Assembly (NCBI GenBank): GCA_951406725.2
Contig: OX597826.1
Span: forward strand, 17,422,001-17,486,000
From: Octopus vulgaris
Taxonomy: Eukaryota
DNA: 64,000 nt
Direction: 5' to 3'
Part shown: positions 25,089 to 38,111 of the stretch, in pieces
Layout: the number at the start of each line of letters is the position of its first letter
How positions within the stretch are numbered: the stretch's first letter is position 1
Translations under genes and position numbers: made by a program
Notes under the pieces: model-generated
Told to the model about the DNA's origin: nothing
Databases searched by the model: none
What the model saw: the letters and a program-made list of their open reading frames with translations, nothing else

Positions 25089-25641
25089 TATATATTCACA
25101 CTGTTTAACTGGTATTTAGTATATCTTATAATGAAGAGCAAATGAAATATATTAACTTTTTCCTAAAATGTCACCCGCATGTTATAATTAAGCAGTTAAA
25201 CAGATGATATTAATGTAATTTGATGTGTTATTTAGTGAGTCAATTGCTACTACTTCGGCATGTTATAATCACGATGCACTTCCGCTGAGAAATTTCAAAC
25301 CAAATCCCTCCGAACTTGCCCCAAATAGTTACAGATAAGATAAAAATAATGTCAGTAATTAACTAAAATTAATTTGCTATTACCAGTTTTTGTTACATGT
25401 ACAACTGTATATTTGAGAAGTTCATTTCGCAAGTGATTCATGCTTCCAACAGTCGGCAAGGCATCTTAGTCAAGTTTCGTTTACTATAACCAATAACTTA
25501 TGAGCGGAATTCGGTCAGTGGGAATTCCACAGAGGTAAGTCTATCTATGAGTCTTAGGCTGGCGTAAACCTACCTAAAAGCTATTGCTGTTTTTTTTTTT
25601 CTTTTTTATTTTGTGTTTTCTGAATATTCCATAATAGATAA

Positions 25642-25860
25642 GGTGGCGAGCTGGCAGAATCGTTAACATGCCGTATTAAAATGCTTAGCGGCATTTTATC
25701 TGTCTTCGTGTTCTGAGTTCAAATTTCGCCCAGGTCGACTTTGCCTTTCATTCTTTCGGGGTCGATAAAATGAGTACCAGTTGAGCACTGGGATCGATTT
25801 AGCCAACTTACCCTGCCCACCGAAATATCTGGCCTTCGAATCCCTAATACAGGGATCCAA
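25642..25860 (+). mobile_element. SINE-B
   Basis: Head GGTGGCGAGCTGGCAGAATCGTTA, B-box, central GCCTTTCATTCTTTCGGGGTCGATAAAATGAGTACC. Confidence 0.88.
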
Positions 25861-26099
25861 TAAACAGATGTCGATAAAATAAGGACCAAAAGAGAATGAG
25901 CATTGCTGTCCAAACGATAGATTATACTTCAAAGGCCGGGTCACAGAAGGGCCGTAGTTAAAGAGTGAAAGCAGCAAAAGAAGAAAAATATGTATGTCAT
26001 TATACTTTCCGTGCTTATTGTTATAATGACCAGTACACAGTAAAGACGGTCAATGTCGAATATAGCTCTCATTGGATGCTGTAAATAAAGGATCTTGTA

Positions 26100-26480
26100 A
26101 TGGGTCACTACCTTTACATTGTGCTCTTTTTACTGCAGTCAGCTACCATCCTTTACTGTAATTCAGAATGCTGTCAATTCTACAACAGAAATAACGCAGA
26201 TTCATTTCATAGCAATTTACAGAGACTTGAAGGGATTTTCCTACTTGAAACATAACTTGCTAGATCATCTCTAGCATAATGATAAAGTCCTCTCAATCTG
26301 CGAACTTCTTTTCTCTAGTTACTTGACCATTTTGATATTGAGTGTCATGTTATTATAAACATCCCACGTTGCCTGCATCTCTGGCACTTCATTATAGGCA
26401 GTCCAGTCGTTATTAGAAGACACAAAATTTTAAAAAAAGCTGGATGCTCTCAGAAAACTTTTCTTCATGGGTTTGCTTGA
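26100..26480 (-). mobile_element. Highly decayed RTE LINE 3' end
   Basis: Minus strand ends RMVADCSKKST, like RTE C-termini; weak. Confidence 0.35.
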
Positions 26481-28146
26481 TCTTGACTGACGTGGGGCAG
26501 AACAACAACTGTCTCAAAAAGAAATTTTAAAAAAAGACAATATTACTTGTTCTATCTTGAAAAAGCATTGTCGATTATATATTATTGGAATTATTTTATC
26601 GATTTCAGAAGTAAAACAACAGTTTCGAATGCGTCAAGATTTGAACCCAACATATATGCTGTAAAACATCTATTTTGATACCCAACTCTTTAGACCACCA
26701 CCAATTATTAACGACCTATAAGGCCAATGTGGTGTATAGTATTACTTCGAGAAGGAGTAGTATCATTGTAACCCAAACATGCTGCACACGTTGGTTAAAA
26801 TAATTTTACTACATAGAAGCACTGATCTCTTACAACTCCCAGTTATAGCTTCAACAAATTAGTATTGAACATTGGTAGCCATTCCACGGTTCTTCGATTC
26901 GGCTGGTGAGCTAAATTAAGCAGGATATATCAGAAGCCCCGAATGGATTATTGCATAGGGGATGGCAACAGAAGTATCTGTGTCAAATTAAAGATTAATG
27001 GTTCTGAATGCATGACAGTAAGATATGCGACACATCAATGACACTCTCTAGATGTAAATGGACAGTGAAAAAAGAACATACAATAAATAATGGGGGAATT
27101 AAATGTAAAGTTGCTCGCGTAAATAACGTTAATATAACAGGTCGAAATGGATTAGGTGGAAGAAATGAAAGAAATAATCAACCATTCGTTTTCTTTTCCA
27201 AGAAATATTTTAGCAATGACTAACACACTGCTCCAACAACCACCAAGAAAATTATTCACGTTGAAAAGTCCAAATGACATGATAGCAAATCGGGCAGACT
27301 ACATTCTGATAAACCAACGGCTTAGAAAGTGTGTGAAACTTGCAAAAAGATTCCTTATGGCAGATATATATTGAAACCATACTTCAATGGTAATTATATT
27401 ACAAATCAAATTTAAGAAAATGAAATAGCTAAAGGAAGAGAACAATTGAACTTAAATTTGCTAAAGTAGACAGAATACAAACAAAGCTAAAATATATCTG
27501 TAAAAATACGAAACAATTATGAATATTTTCACAATAAAAAAGAAATACAACAATAGAATAAACAAACCAATGGAAGGAGAAAATATAACATTTAAAGCTA
27601 ACGTGTAAACATTGTTAAAGAGAAAACTGGCCGAAAGGGGAAAAGAAAAAGAAGAAAAAGTGGATGGCTGGACAGATTCTATCGAAAATTAAAGAAAGAA
27701 ATACAATAATAAAGATCAAGACAGATAGAGCAGTTTAAGTGAAACAAAAAGTAAGGGAGACTAGAAAAGTATAAAAGCAAAGACCAGTTGAAAAAACAAC
27801 TTCAAAAGCAGCAGAAATTTTTTAATGAAATCACAAAATAGCAAATGTATGAGTAAACAAGGTGGTAGCATTAAGGATCGAATGGGGGAATCCTGGGATC
27901 GTGAATAGATTGCATCGAGATGGTGTCTTTATTCTTTTTCTCTTTTATCTTTTACTTGTTTCAACCATTAGACTACGGCCATGCTGGACACCGCCTTGAA
28001 GAACTTTTAGTCGAACGAATCAACCCCAGTACTGGCACATATCCTATCGATCTGTTTGGTCGAACGGCAATCACCGGTTGTCAAGCTGTGGGCGGAGGGG
28101 CACATACAGACACAAAGATGCACACACACACACACACACACACAAA

Positions 28147-28202
<56 letters not shown>

Positions 28203-28306
28203 CTAGATTCGCTCACAAAGCTTTAGTCGGCCCAAGATGTAGTAGAAGACACTTTCCCAAAGTCCCACTGAACCCGGAACCATGTGGTTAGGAAGCTAAC
28301 TTCTTA

Positions 28307-28719
28307 TTTCTTTACGGCCCACAAGGGGCTACACACAGAGGGGACAAACAAGGACAGACAAACGGATTAAGTCGATTACATCGACCCCAGTGCTCAACTG
28401 GTACTTAATTTATCGACCCCGAAAGGATGAAAGGCAAAGTCGACCTCGGCGGAATTTGAACTCAGAACGTAACGGCAGACGAAATACCTATTTCTTTACT
28501 ACCCACAAGGTGCTAAACACAGAGGGGACAAACAAGGACAGACAAAAGGATTAAGTCGATTACATCGACCCCAGTGCGCAACTGGTACTTAAGTTATCGA
28601 CCCCGAAAGGATGAAAGGCAAAGTTGACCTCGGCGAAATTTGAACTCAGAACGTAACAGCAGATGAAATACGGCTACGCATTTCGCCCGGCGTGCTAACG
28701 ATTCTGCCAGCTCCCCACC
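28307..28719 (-). mobile_element. SINE-B (Tx1-type tail), one full and one headless tandem copy
   Basis: Two near-identical units 28307-28487 and 28488-28719. Confidence 0.9.
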
Positions 28720-28730
28720 TTTTTTTTTTT

Positions 28731-28812
28731 CTCAGACAAAAAAATGGCTTCTAAAGACAAGTAATGTCTTCATATATCGATGAGACGGGGAAAGAATTTT
28801 GTAATCATCACT
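28731..28812 (-). ncRNA. SNORD12: C/D box snoRNA retrocopy, SNORD12-like
   Basis: Minus strand A-GTGATGA(C box)-TTACAAAA-TTCTTTCCCCG-T-CTCA(D')-TCGA..ATGAAGA(C')..GCCATTTTTTGT-CTGA(D)-GA then oligo(A). The guide is complementary to conserved 28S CGGGGAAAGAA, and both conserved blocks resemble vertebrate SNORD12 as I recall it. Confidence 0.8.
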
Positions 28813-31086
28813 GCTAACTTCTTACCACACAACCAGACCGCCTACGCCTCTACACAGCCACGCCTGAACTTATATTGGTAAAAAAAAGACTATTCCCAGT
28901 TTCAAAGCTGCTAACAACAAAAGCTTAAAATAAGGAGAAAAGGCAATAAACTCAGTGAAAGTTGAAAAGGCTATGAGAGTCGATGAAATATTAGTATTAA
29001 AAGCATCCTAGATCTAACGACAGGCTTATATAAAGTAATATATGAAAATACAAAGATCCAACCGAAATGAAACAACGTCTTTGTTCCAGAACTAATGAAT
29101 CTTAAAGATCAAACTGTGTGATGTGTCATGTAACTAAATTACCGATAAAAAAACCCATCCAACAACCAATTACATCAAGAATGAAGGAAGAAATAAATCA
29201 ACTAAAAAGTGAAGTCTGCTCTTTGAATGGAAACTCGTGAAGGAACGTTTAACCCAAAAGATATCTGTGAAAGAGTCCTAGACAAGTCAAGATTATAACA
29301 TATATTTTATAGACTCCGCCAAGACTTTTGACATGTAATGATGGTCCAGTGTCATCAGAACTCGAGATATGCGATGAAAAATTCCAAATAATAATGTACA
29401 GTAAGCAATAAGCGTAGTGAGAGCCGAACGATGGGGCGAAAATCTCAAAATTTGAAATTAATAAAAACATCAGGCTAGGCCGTGTACTATCTTCTGGCAT
29501 ATTTTAGCAATACACTGAAATCTTCAAAGAAATAGAAGATACAACGGGAGTATTTGCATGAAGTGTAGTCATTAACAACCTTAGATATGCAGATATTGCT
29601 ATATTAACTTCCAAAGATTACTTACCTAATCTTGTAACCACAAAGAAATGACAAAGGAGTGCCTGATGGAATTGAAGTAAATGTAAAGAAAATAATATCC
29701 ATATTGATACCCAAGAAACAAAAGCCATCTAAAATCAATGTTATAATTGATTGAAAACTAATTGAACTGACACCAAAAATGATATACCTGAGTTATATGT
29801 AGTCAGAAAACGGAAAATGTGAGGCAGACATCAAAAGAAAGATCCAGATGGTTAGGAAATGATTTGAAAATATGTCAAACATACTAACATCAAAAAGCAT
29901 TAAAATCGAAACCAGAAAAAAATATTATTGAGGTGTTATTTATAAACCAGGTACTAGAATAGATGGAACTGAAGTATGGACATTACCAAAATAGATTAAG
30001 AAGCCTTTCAGCTCTGGGCTTAAAGAAAACATTCGAGAACATCATTGACAGATCATAAAACCAATGGTGAAATACTAAGAATGGAAAAAAAAGACTAAGA
30101 AAATTTCATTAGATGCCATCAAAAAGAGAAAGCACATATTTCGGACACTTAATTAGAAAAAAATAGTTTACAGCGACTGTTCATAGAAGACAAAATATAA
30201 ATGGAAAAAGAGGGAAAGTAACATCAAACAGCAAATGTATAAGGACAGTAGAAAACCGAGATGGTGGTGGTGGTCGTGGTGAGGAGGAGGAGGATTTACA
30301 CTACCTAGTTCGGTAATGCGCTATCAGAAATCAGAAATCCTGCCAGATTTCTCCACCTGGTGTATTATTGGGTAGAATCCTTTAGAAATAGTGATTCTGT
30401 GTCTAATAAAAGGAAGCAACTAATCAGGTATGAAGCAAGCGCTGATCATTTCCACTTTCTGGTCAGAAGGCTTACCCTTTAAGCCATCTCTGAACATCCT
30501 GACTGGATTTTGATTTCTTTCCAACGAGAATATTAATTTATATTAAATCCTTGCTAAATAATTAAATCCTTGAGGAAATACAACTTGGGCAGCGTTTCGA
30601 ACCCAACATCTAAACTTGTTAACTACGGTTTCATATTCAATTTTGTCTTTGTTTAGCCTCTCTACGTCTGCCCCGACTGAGCAGGCTCATAATCAAAAGC
30701 ATTCCAGGTGTAGCCATCCTGTCTTTTTATATAACAAGATCTACATTCTCCAGTGTAGCCTTCTTTAACACAGTAACGTCTCATGTGAGGAAAGTGAGGT
30801 AATATTTATAATTAGCCAACCGGATGCGCTGAGTATTTCTTATAACACAAAATGCTATCTAATAATTCCATTGACGTCGAGACTAGAATGCAAATTAAAC
30901 CCAGTACTGTGTCCAGAAATTGGCCTCGTTGGAATCTGAACTCAGAACGTAAAAAAGAGGTAATTATATGCTGCAAGACCATCCCTCTATCTATACACTT
31001 TAAAATCTGATGCTAAATTTGCATCATATAATTATAGCAGACAGACAGACGGACAAATACATACATACATACATGGACAGATAGAC

Positions 31087-31134
<48 letters not shown>

Positions 31135-31225
31135 TAACATAAATACGCATATATATGTATATTAATACACATACATACATACATACATACATGTGTACAT
31201 GCATACCTACATACGCACATACATA

Positions 31226-31458
31226 CCTATTTCTTTATTACCCACAAGGGGCTAAACATAGAGGGGACAAACAAGGACAGACATATGTATTAAGTCGATT
31301 ACATCGACCCCAGTGCGTTACTGGTACTTAATTTATCGATCTCGAAAGAATGAAAGGCAAAGTCGGCCTCGGCGGAATTTGAACTCAGAACGTAACGGCA
31401 GACGAAATACGGCTACGCATTTCGCCCGGCGTGCTAGCGATTCTGCCAGTTCGCCACC
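31226..31458 (-). mobile_element. SINE-B (Tx1-type tail) in a (TACA)n tract
   Basis: Near-identical to 28488-28719. Confidence 0.9.
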
Positions 31459-31510
31459 TACCCACCTACATACATACATACATACATACATACATACATA
31501 CATACATACA

Positions 31511-31544
<34 letters not shown>

Positions 31545-31814
31545 AACGAATGCATTAAAGTATGTACATATATATGACTATATAGTTTATTTCGGCTGAA
31601 TTGTATGGCTGTTTCTCTGGAGTTTCTCAGGTTGGTTATCATACACCTGCTTCAGAGGATGACGAATAAACAACGACCAAGGTGACAAATCGAAATATCC
31701 AGCTGGTTGCTTAGCAACGGGCTTTTACCCTCACCTCCTTGCTTTAATTGTGAAAGAGGATATAAGTCAAAGCGTTCGGATTAAAAAGGAAGTAATAGGA
31801 GAGAGTAAAGTATA

Positions 31815-31990
31815 CCAATGGCACTCCGTCGGTCAACGACGAGGGTTCCAGTTGATCTGATTTACGGAACAGCTTGATCGTGAAGTTAACGTGCAAGTGG
31901 CTGAGTACTCCACAGACACGTGTACCCTTAACGTAGTTCTTGGGGAGATTCAGCGTGACACAGAATGTGACAAGGTTGATTCTTTGAAAT
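31815..31990 (+). mobile_element. Unclassified interspersed repeat (recalled as abundant in octopus)
   Basis: GC-richer block GGCACTCCGTCGG..CCACAGACACGTGTACCC..GTGACAAGG; single copy in this window. Confidence 0.45.
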
Positions 31991-32156
31991 AAATAAAGGT
32001 ACAATATCGACTTAAATATGGGATTTGGGGAGCAGGTATATAACTTTGATGAATATTAGGAAAGGGCTGGAGGAAAGAGATTGAATAGAGAGGAGAAAAA
32101 GAGGAAGCTTAGTGCTATGAGATGATACATAGAATTGATTTATTAGAAATGCACGA

Positions 32157-32329
32157 GGCGCAGGAGTGGCTGTGTGGTAAGTAGCTTGCTTACCAACCAC
32201 ATGGTTCCGGGTTCAGTCCCATTGCGTGACATCTTGGGCAAGTGTCTTCTACTATAGCCCCGGGCCGCCTAAAGCCTTGTGAGTGGATTTGGTAGACGGA
32301 AACTGAAAGAAGCCCGTCGTATATATATG

Positions 32330-32360
<31 letters not shown>

Positions 32361-32580
32361 ATGTTCGTGTGTCTGTGTTTGTACCCCTAGCATTGCTTGA
32401 CAACCGATGGTGGTGTGTTTACGTCGCCGTCACTTAGCGGTTCGGCAAAAGAGAGCGATAGAATAAGTACTGGGCTTACAAAGAATAAGTCCCGGGTCGA
32501 TTTGCTCGACTAAAGGCGGTGCTCCAGCATGGCCGCAGTCAAATGACTGAAACAAGTAAAAGAGTGAAAAGAGAGTAAAG
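32157..32580 (+). mobile_element. SINE-A, full length (intact target site GTGGTAAGTAGCTTGCTTACC)
   Basis: Complete head, internal microsatellite and tail. Confidence 0.92.
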
Positions 32581-33901
32581 TATACCGGCCCCATTACGCA
32601 ATTCTGGAAGGATGAAAGGCAATATTGACTTCAGCAGGGTTTGAACTGAGAATGTAAAGAGCTGGTACAAATATTGCAAGGCAGCATTAAATAAGTCCAA
32701 ATACGTTAAATAAGACACAAGGTAAAATATTAAATATTACACTAGGTTTGAATGATATGAATGATTGCTTAGATGGAGTAGATATAGGGTGGCAGACTGC
32801 AACATGCTCGTAACTAGCTAATTATCCACCAAAATGGAGGCTTCAAAGTGCAGATAATAAAGGTTTGTTACTTAATTGCATACTCAGTGGACTACGGGTG
32901 CATTCGGACCTTACCTGGCAGTTGCTTGAATACATAAATGCATTTATAAGAGAGGAGAGAGGAGGGACAGGAAATCAGGTTTTATCCAATCGTTTAAAAA
33001 CATGAAGTTTAGAAATGGCGACATATAACTGCAGTTACTGGAGCAACTCGTACTTATCTTTGACGACTTGGGAAACATAAGACTAAAATGATGTTAGAGA
33101 CACCAGTTGTTATCTGTTTGATATATCTTTTATCGTAATCCATTTGAAACCTGAGCTGCATGTATTTATTAGAAATGAGATGGGTTAATTAGACTGTTTC
33201 AACATCCTGCTAGAGGTCAGCACCACCGGTTTGTATTCTCTTACTTCTCTGTCCAATAAAATGTTTTTACTTTTTTTGCTTTTTAATATTTTTTTTGCTT
33301 TTAGTAATATAATCTAGTCGAACGAATCTTCATGAAAATTTAACTACTTCAAACTATTAACAAAAATAACCATATAATTTAATCTATTGCAATTGTTTTC
33401 TTTTGTGCCATGCAATAATCTATAGTCGCAACTTAAATGCCGCCCATCTAAACATTTTTAGAGGAAAGGCAATGCAATTTGTCAGCTTAAAAGTTATAAC
33501 TTCCTGAAACCAAATCGGTACTTTTGAGAACGCATTGTTTTTGTCCGGTAAATTTTTAATGAAAATGTTATAGATATTATAAGAGCCAATCCTTCGACAG
33601 GATGTTAACAAAAAGTTAATCTGTATCAAACCTCGTACATGCTCATTAAGGTGGAACATATTCCAGTTTCTATGGCGTATAAGCGACAGTGAGTACAAAA
33701 CGAAAAGGACTCCAGTTCATGGCAGGGTTGGCCCGATACCAGCCGTTGCTGCAATTATTTTCAGCTAGTGAACTTGGACAACGTGACACAACGCACCACC
33801 AAAGCCAAAGACCTTTTCAATTGTAAACCACATATATAAGTTTTATACCATAAATGTGAGAGAAGATATAAAGTAAAGTAGTGGTTTCTCTTTCTGTTAA
33901 G

Positions 33902-33956
<55 letters not shown>

Positions 33957-34459
33957 TACTTGGACATGGATGCATGGCGTTAAATGCTGAATGCTCGAAA
34001 TGAGGAATAGATAGACAGCCGACAACCGATGAAGGGTCTTTTTTTCCTGTGTTTACTTGTCCTGTTTTCCATTTTTTATCGTTATGTATTTCATGTTGTT
34101 TGAACCGTTGTGATGTTCTGTACCCATATATGTATTATTACATATATATGTGTGTGTGTGTGTGTGTACACACACACATATATATATATAAATTGAAAAA
34201 GTTCGTTATAGCTAATAAAGATACCATAAACAATTATAAAAATGGGGAAAAGATGTTAAAAAATCAAAATTAGATTTAATTTAGATTTAAAAAGTTCATA
34301 TTCTTATTGCTTGCTCAAGCAGGATATTTCTGAAAATGATGAATTTTTATTAGAAATTATTTTCTCTCTTTGTGGACTCCTCAAAATGTTTGAATTGTTC
34401 TACTTGAACTTATATATTTTTCATATATATATACTAGCCTAAAAGCCGCACTTTGTTCC

Positions 34460-35560
34460 CTTAGTAACGTGGATCCATCGTGTGCGTTGATGTCACACAC
34501 CAGTAAGTGAGTGATGAAATCGCCTGTAGTAGTAAAGTGAGTGGCGACATACGAAAGCGGTCGGCAAGGCGTTGACCTGTATCTCCAATGTAAAGTATAC
34601 CACATAGTTTGAAAATGATGCAATATATAAGATCAGATGTGCACCAGAAATTATGAGTAAGCGAGTAGAGGACCTTCTGCGATTCGCTCTGGATCTCGAC
34701 AACGATGTTAAAACGGTGACCTTTGAGCAGAATTTTCATCTTGGGGAAGAGATGGAAGTCCGCAGGTGCGGAAGCGATACCATTTTGTTTCGGGGGAGAA
34801 ACTCAGAAGTGAGGAGAGCTCGGTGTCAGGGTGCATTGTCATCGTGAGAATCCAATTCTTCGCGCTCCACAGATCCAGTTGCTTTCGCCGAATATCCTCC
34901 CTCAAACGCTTCAAAACATCGCAGTAGAACTTTCGATTGACAGTCTGGCCCTGGGGGACGAATTCTCGGTGTACAATACCACATTTCCGGGAGTGACGCT
35001 CGTGGCACGTTTTTCAGACCGCTCGTCATCTTCCAGGGAAGTTCTTCCGCTTTTGAAGCGCCTGTGCCACTCGAAACATTGCGTGCGACCCATTGCCTCG
35101 TCGCCGTAAGCTTGCCGAAGCATGCTCAATGTCTCTGTAGCAGACTTCCCAAGTTTAACCCTGTCTCGTTTTTCCTACTTCCTGTCCATGATAAAATCAA
35201 GGACCACAACATACACGTGATCACAAAAACACAAATTACACAACTTGCGAAGTAAACACAGTGATGTCACTCAGCACACTGCCTCATGAATGTCACTGCT
35301 AGCTCTCACTGCGCACGCAACCGTTTGCTGCCATCTGTTGGTGCACTACAGAACTAGTCCCGGTACTTTTTTGTACCACTATAAGGACTTAGGCCCAATG
35401 AGGACTGTAGTGTTGTTAATGTGGAAGCAGGTGTTGCATTGTCGGTGAGTGCATTTAAAAATACCTGGTTGAGTTGGATTGGGTTCTGTGAAGCTACTTA
35501 CTAGGAGATTTCCTATCTTTTTTGAAGGCAAGTAGTAGTAATGCTGGAAAACTAGGTACG
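34460..35560 (-). mobile_element. Penelope-like GIY-YIG endonuclease remnant split by a mariner
   Basis: IGNLLVSS..GIFKCTHRQCNTCFHINNT..GPKS (35379-35520) continues as HNFWCTSDLIYCI..CGILYIGDTGQRLADRF (34550-34655). Confidence 0.85.
34655..35380 (-). mobile_element. Mariner element (same family as 23241-24106), truncated
   Basis: LRQAYGDEAMGRTQCFEWHRRFKSGRTSLEDDERS, HDDNAP; TIR at 35353-35380. Confidence 0.9.
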
Positions 35561-36030
35561 GTTGTGAAGCCAGAAGAAGAATTCGAAAGTTGCGAATCAG
35601 TTTATCTTCCAATGGGTGGGGAGGGCGGGTGAGTGGAAGATGAGAGAGAGATAGATGGGAATACAGACTGAAGGCATAGGTAAAGAGTGTAAGAGAGCAG
35701 TGGCACAGCTGATGGCCTGGGTCCAGCGAAGTACCAGCTCCACAACTAATCGATTCAAGAAAACTTGTTGCTTTCTTTCTCATTTGGATTTGAAATTTAG
35801 ATCAATGTTGTAGAGTCAGTAAAGGCGAATAGAATTGAAAAAGATGGTAGAGAAGATCTGGTGTTTCGTATGAGATGTATAGAGATGATAGGAGTAGGAG
35901 TCATGCCTAAATGAACTATCTTATTTTCTACTCTTACACCTTTTACTTCATTAAACCCTCAGCTTTTAAGCACAATATGCTACTTAATATTCTCTTTAAC
36001 CTTCTCCAACTATGCATCATCTATCTGTAC

Positions 36031-36089
<59 letters not shown>

Positions 36090-36095
<6 letters not shown>

Positions 36096-36672
36096 TATAT
36101 TATATTATATTATATTAAATTAGAGATAAAACCACTATTAGGCAAATCAAACAGTGAAAAACATAAGCCAATACATAAAATTAATTTAAAATATAAAAGT
36201 TAAAAATAAAAATAAAAATAAAAATTATTTAAATAATTTAAACTTATAAATTTTATATATATATACAAATATATATATATATGTATGTATGTATATTTTT
36301 ATATTTATATATTATTTTATTTACTAATTAATTAATTTATTTATTTTTTTATATATATATATCAAAAGTATTAAAAGTTTAATAAAAGATATCTTTTATT
36401 AAACTTTTAATACTTTTGATATATATAAAAAAAATTAATTAATTAATTAATTAATTAATATATAAATATAAAAATATACATACATATATATATATATATT
36501 TGTATATATATATAAAATTTATAAGTTTAAATTATTTAAATAATTTTTAGTTTTAGTTTTATTTTTAACTTTTATATTTTAAATTAATTTTATGTATTGG
36601 CTTATGTTTTTCACTGTTTGATTTGCCTAATAGTGGTTTTATCTCTAATTTAATATAATATAATATAATATA
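36090..36672. repeat. ~580-bp AT-rich palindrome centred at 36390/36391
   Basis: AATAAAAGAT|ATCTTTTATT centre; arms reverse-complementary out to ATTAAATTAGAGATAAAACC / GGTTTTATCTCTAATTTAAT; single-arm relative at 58304-58435. Confidence 0.92.
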
Positions 36673-36760
36673 TTTATACTATAAAATTGGATTTAATCCT
36701 AAATCTCATTTTTCCCTGTAAGTTTGGATTTATTCCCTAATATTATTATATATATATATA

Positions 36761-37790
36761 CAGGTGTGATAGAAGTAAATTGACACTATTGTAATCATTA
36801 AAATTTATTTAAATTTGAAATTATTACAATGTGAATACTAAATATTTAGTAGGCATGCCCTTTGCATTTTTCAATGCAAGGACCCTATTAGGCATATTGC
36901 TGATAGATTGATGAATATTCTCTTGTGGAATTTCCTGCCAAGTTTCATGCAGTAATCTCAAAAGATCTGGCTTTGAAGATACTTTCTTGTTATTTTTATC
37001 AAGTGTCCGGTCCATTATGTCCCAGAGATGTTCAATAGGGTTCATATCTAGTGACTGGCTTGACCATAGAAGCTTTTTAATGGCATTCTCATCCAACAAA
37101 TCTTGGCTCATTTTAGCCTTGTGACATTCTTTAATCATTTTACCACTGGAGAAGATTGGAAGGAGTCCTTAATGCAATATGGACACATATTTATCTGAGT
37201 TTGTTCTCCTCACACTCCACCAGCTCCGATCAACCATTGTTACAAATTGCTTCCCACACCATCACAGAATAGCTGCCGTGTTTCATTGTTGGCTGTAATC
37301 TTTTCATATCAAATTCTTGATCACAGAATCTCCAGACCCACACTCGACCACTGTCAGGTAATTCAACAAATCTGGACTCATTAGAGAATATGTGTGGAGA
37401 TACCTGACAGCTGTTCTGGGACTAACATCAACTTATTCTGCTATATCAGAGACTTTGCAACAAGGATTATCCTCTACAGTTCTCTTAACAAAGAGAAGGG
37501 TCCTGTCGGAGGGCCCTAGTTGATCTGGGCGAGGTGATGTGGACTCCTTCCTCTCTCTGGCGAATTACACAATCACTCCTTCCCCTCTCTGGTGAATTAC
37601 ACAAACTGTAGAAAGCGGGATCACAATGTTTTCTTCGATTTTACGCTAATTATGTCCACCTTCAGAATGACCCACAATAAGGTCCCTTTAAAGTCCAGAC
37701 AGTTCCAAAGCTTCTTTTGTATATGGTATGAGTAAACAGTCGCATATAGAACCTGAAACACAAAGATGTCAAGTAATAAAAAAATATAAA
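36761..37790 (-). mobile_element. Tc1-like transposon, decayed
   Basis: TA-CAGGTGT end; WSSQSLDMNPIEHLWDIM, SMPNRV-like, KHGSYSVMVW motifs. Confidence 0.88.
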
Positions 37791-37891
37791 CCATTACAAG
37801 TTAGAATAAACATAAAACAATGTTTTGTGTAGTGCCTATTTATTTTTGTCATGTCTGTGTACATACATACATACATATAAACATACATACA

Positions 37892-37927
<36 letters not shown>

Positions 37928-37936
37928 CACACACAC

Positions 37937-38025
<89 letters not shown>

Positions 38026-38111
38026 CGAAATGGAAAACAAAAGAATAAATTGAACAATTATAAATTCAATTCGATTTAAATATTTTATACCAACAAATGA
38101 CACGTCTCGTA

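Larger units (their letters stand above)
27930..28866 (-). mobile_element. SINE-A host copy split in its head by a 506-bp insertion
   Basis: SINE-A match 27930-28306 resumes at 28813; 12-bp TSD GCTAACTTCTTA at 28295-28306 and 28813-28824. Confidence 0.88.
26990..30260 (+). mobile_element. Decayed RTE-clade LINE (APE + RT), interrupted by a SINE nest at 27930-28866
   Basis: GRNGLGGRNER, TNTLLQQPPRKLFTLKSP..ADYILINQR, INNLRYAD; many stops and frameshifts. Confidence 0.8.

Noticed and set aside
28307-28719. Tandem ~180-bp units as a CRISPR or satellite array
   Set aside because: They are SINE-B copies in eukaryotic DNA; no spacers or cas genes.
32157-32230. tRNA gene-like heads
   Set aside because: A/B boxes continue into SINE bodies; no complete cloverleaf.
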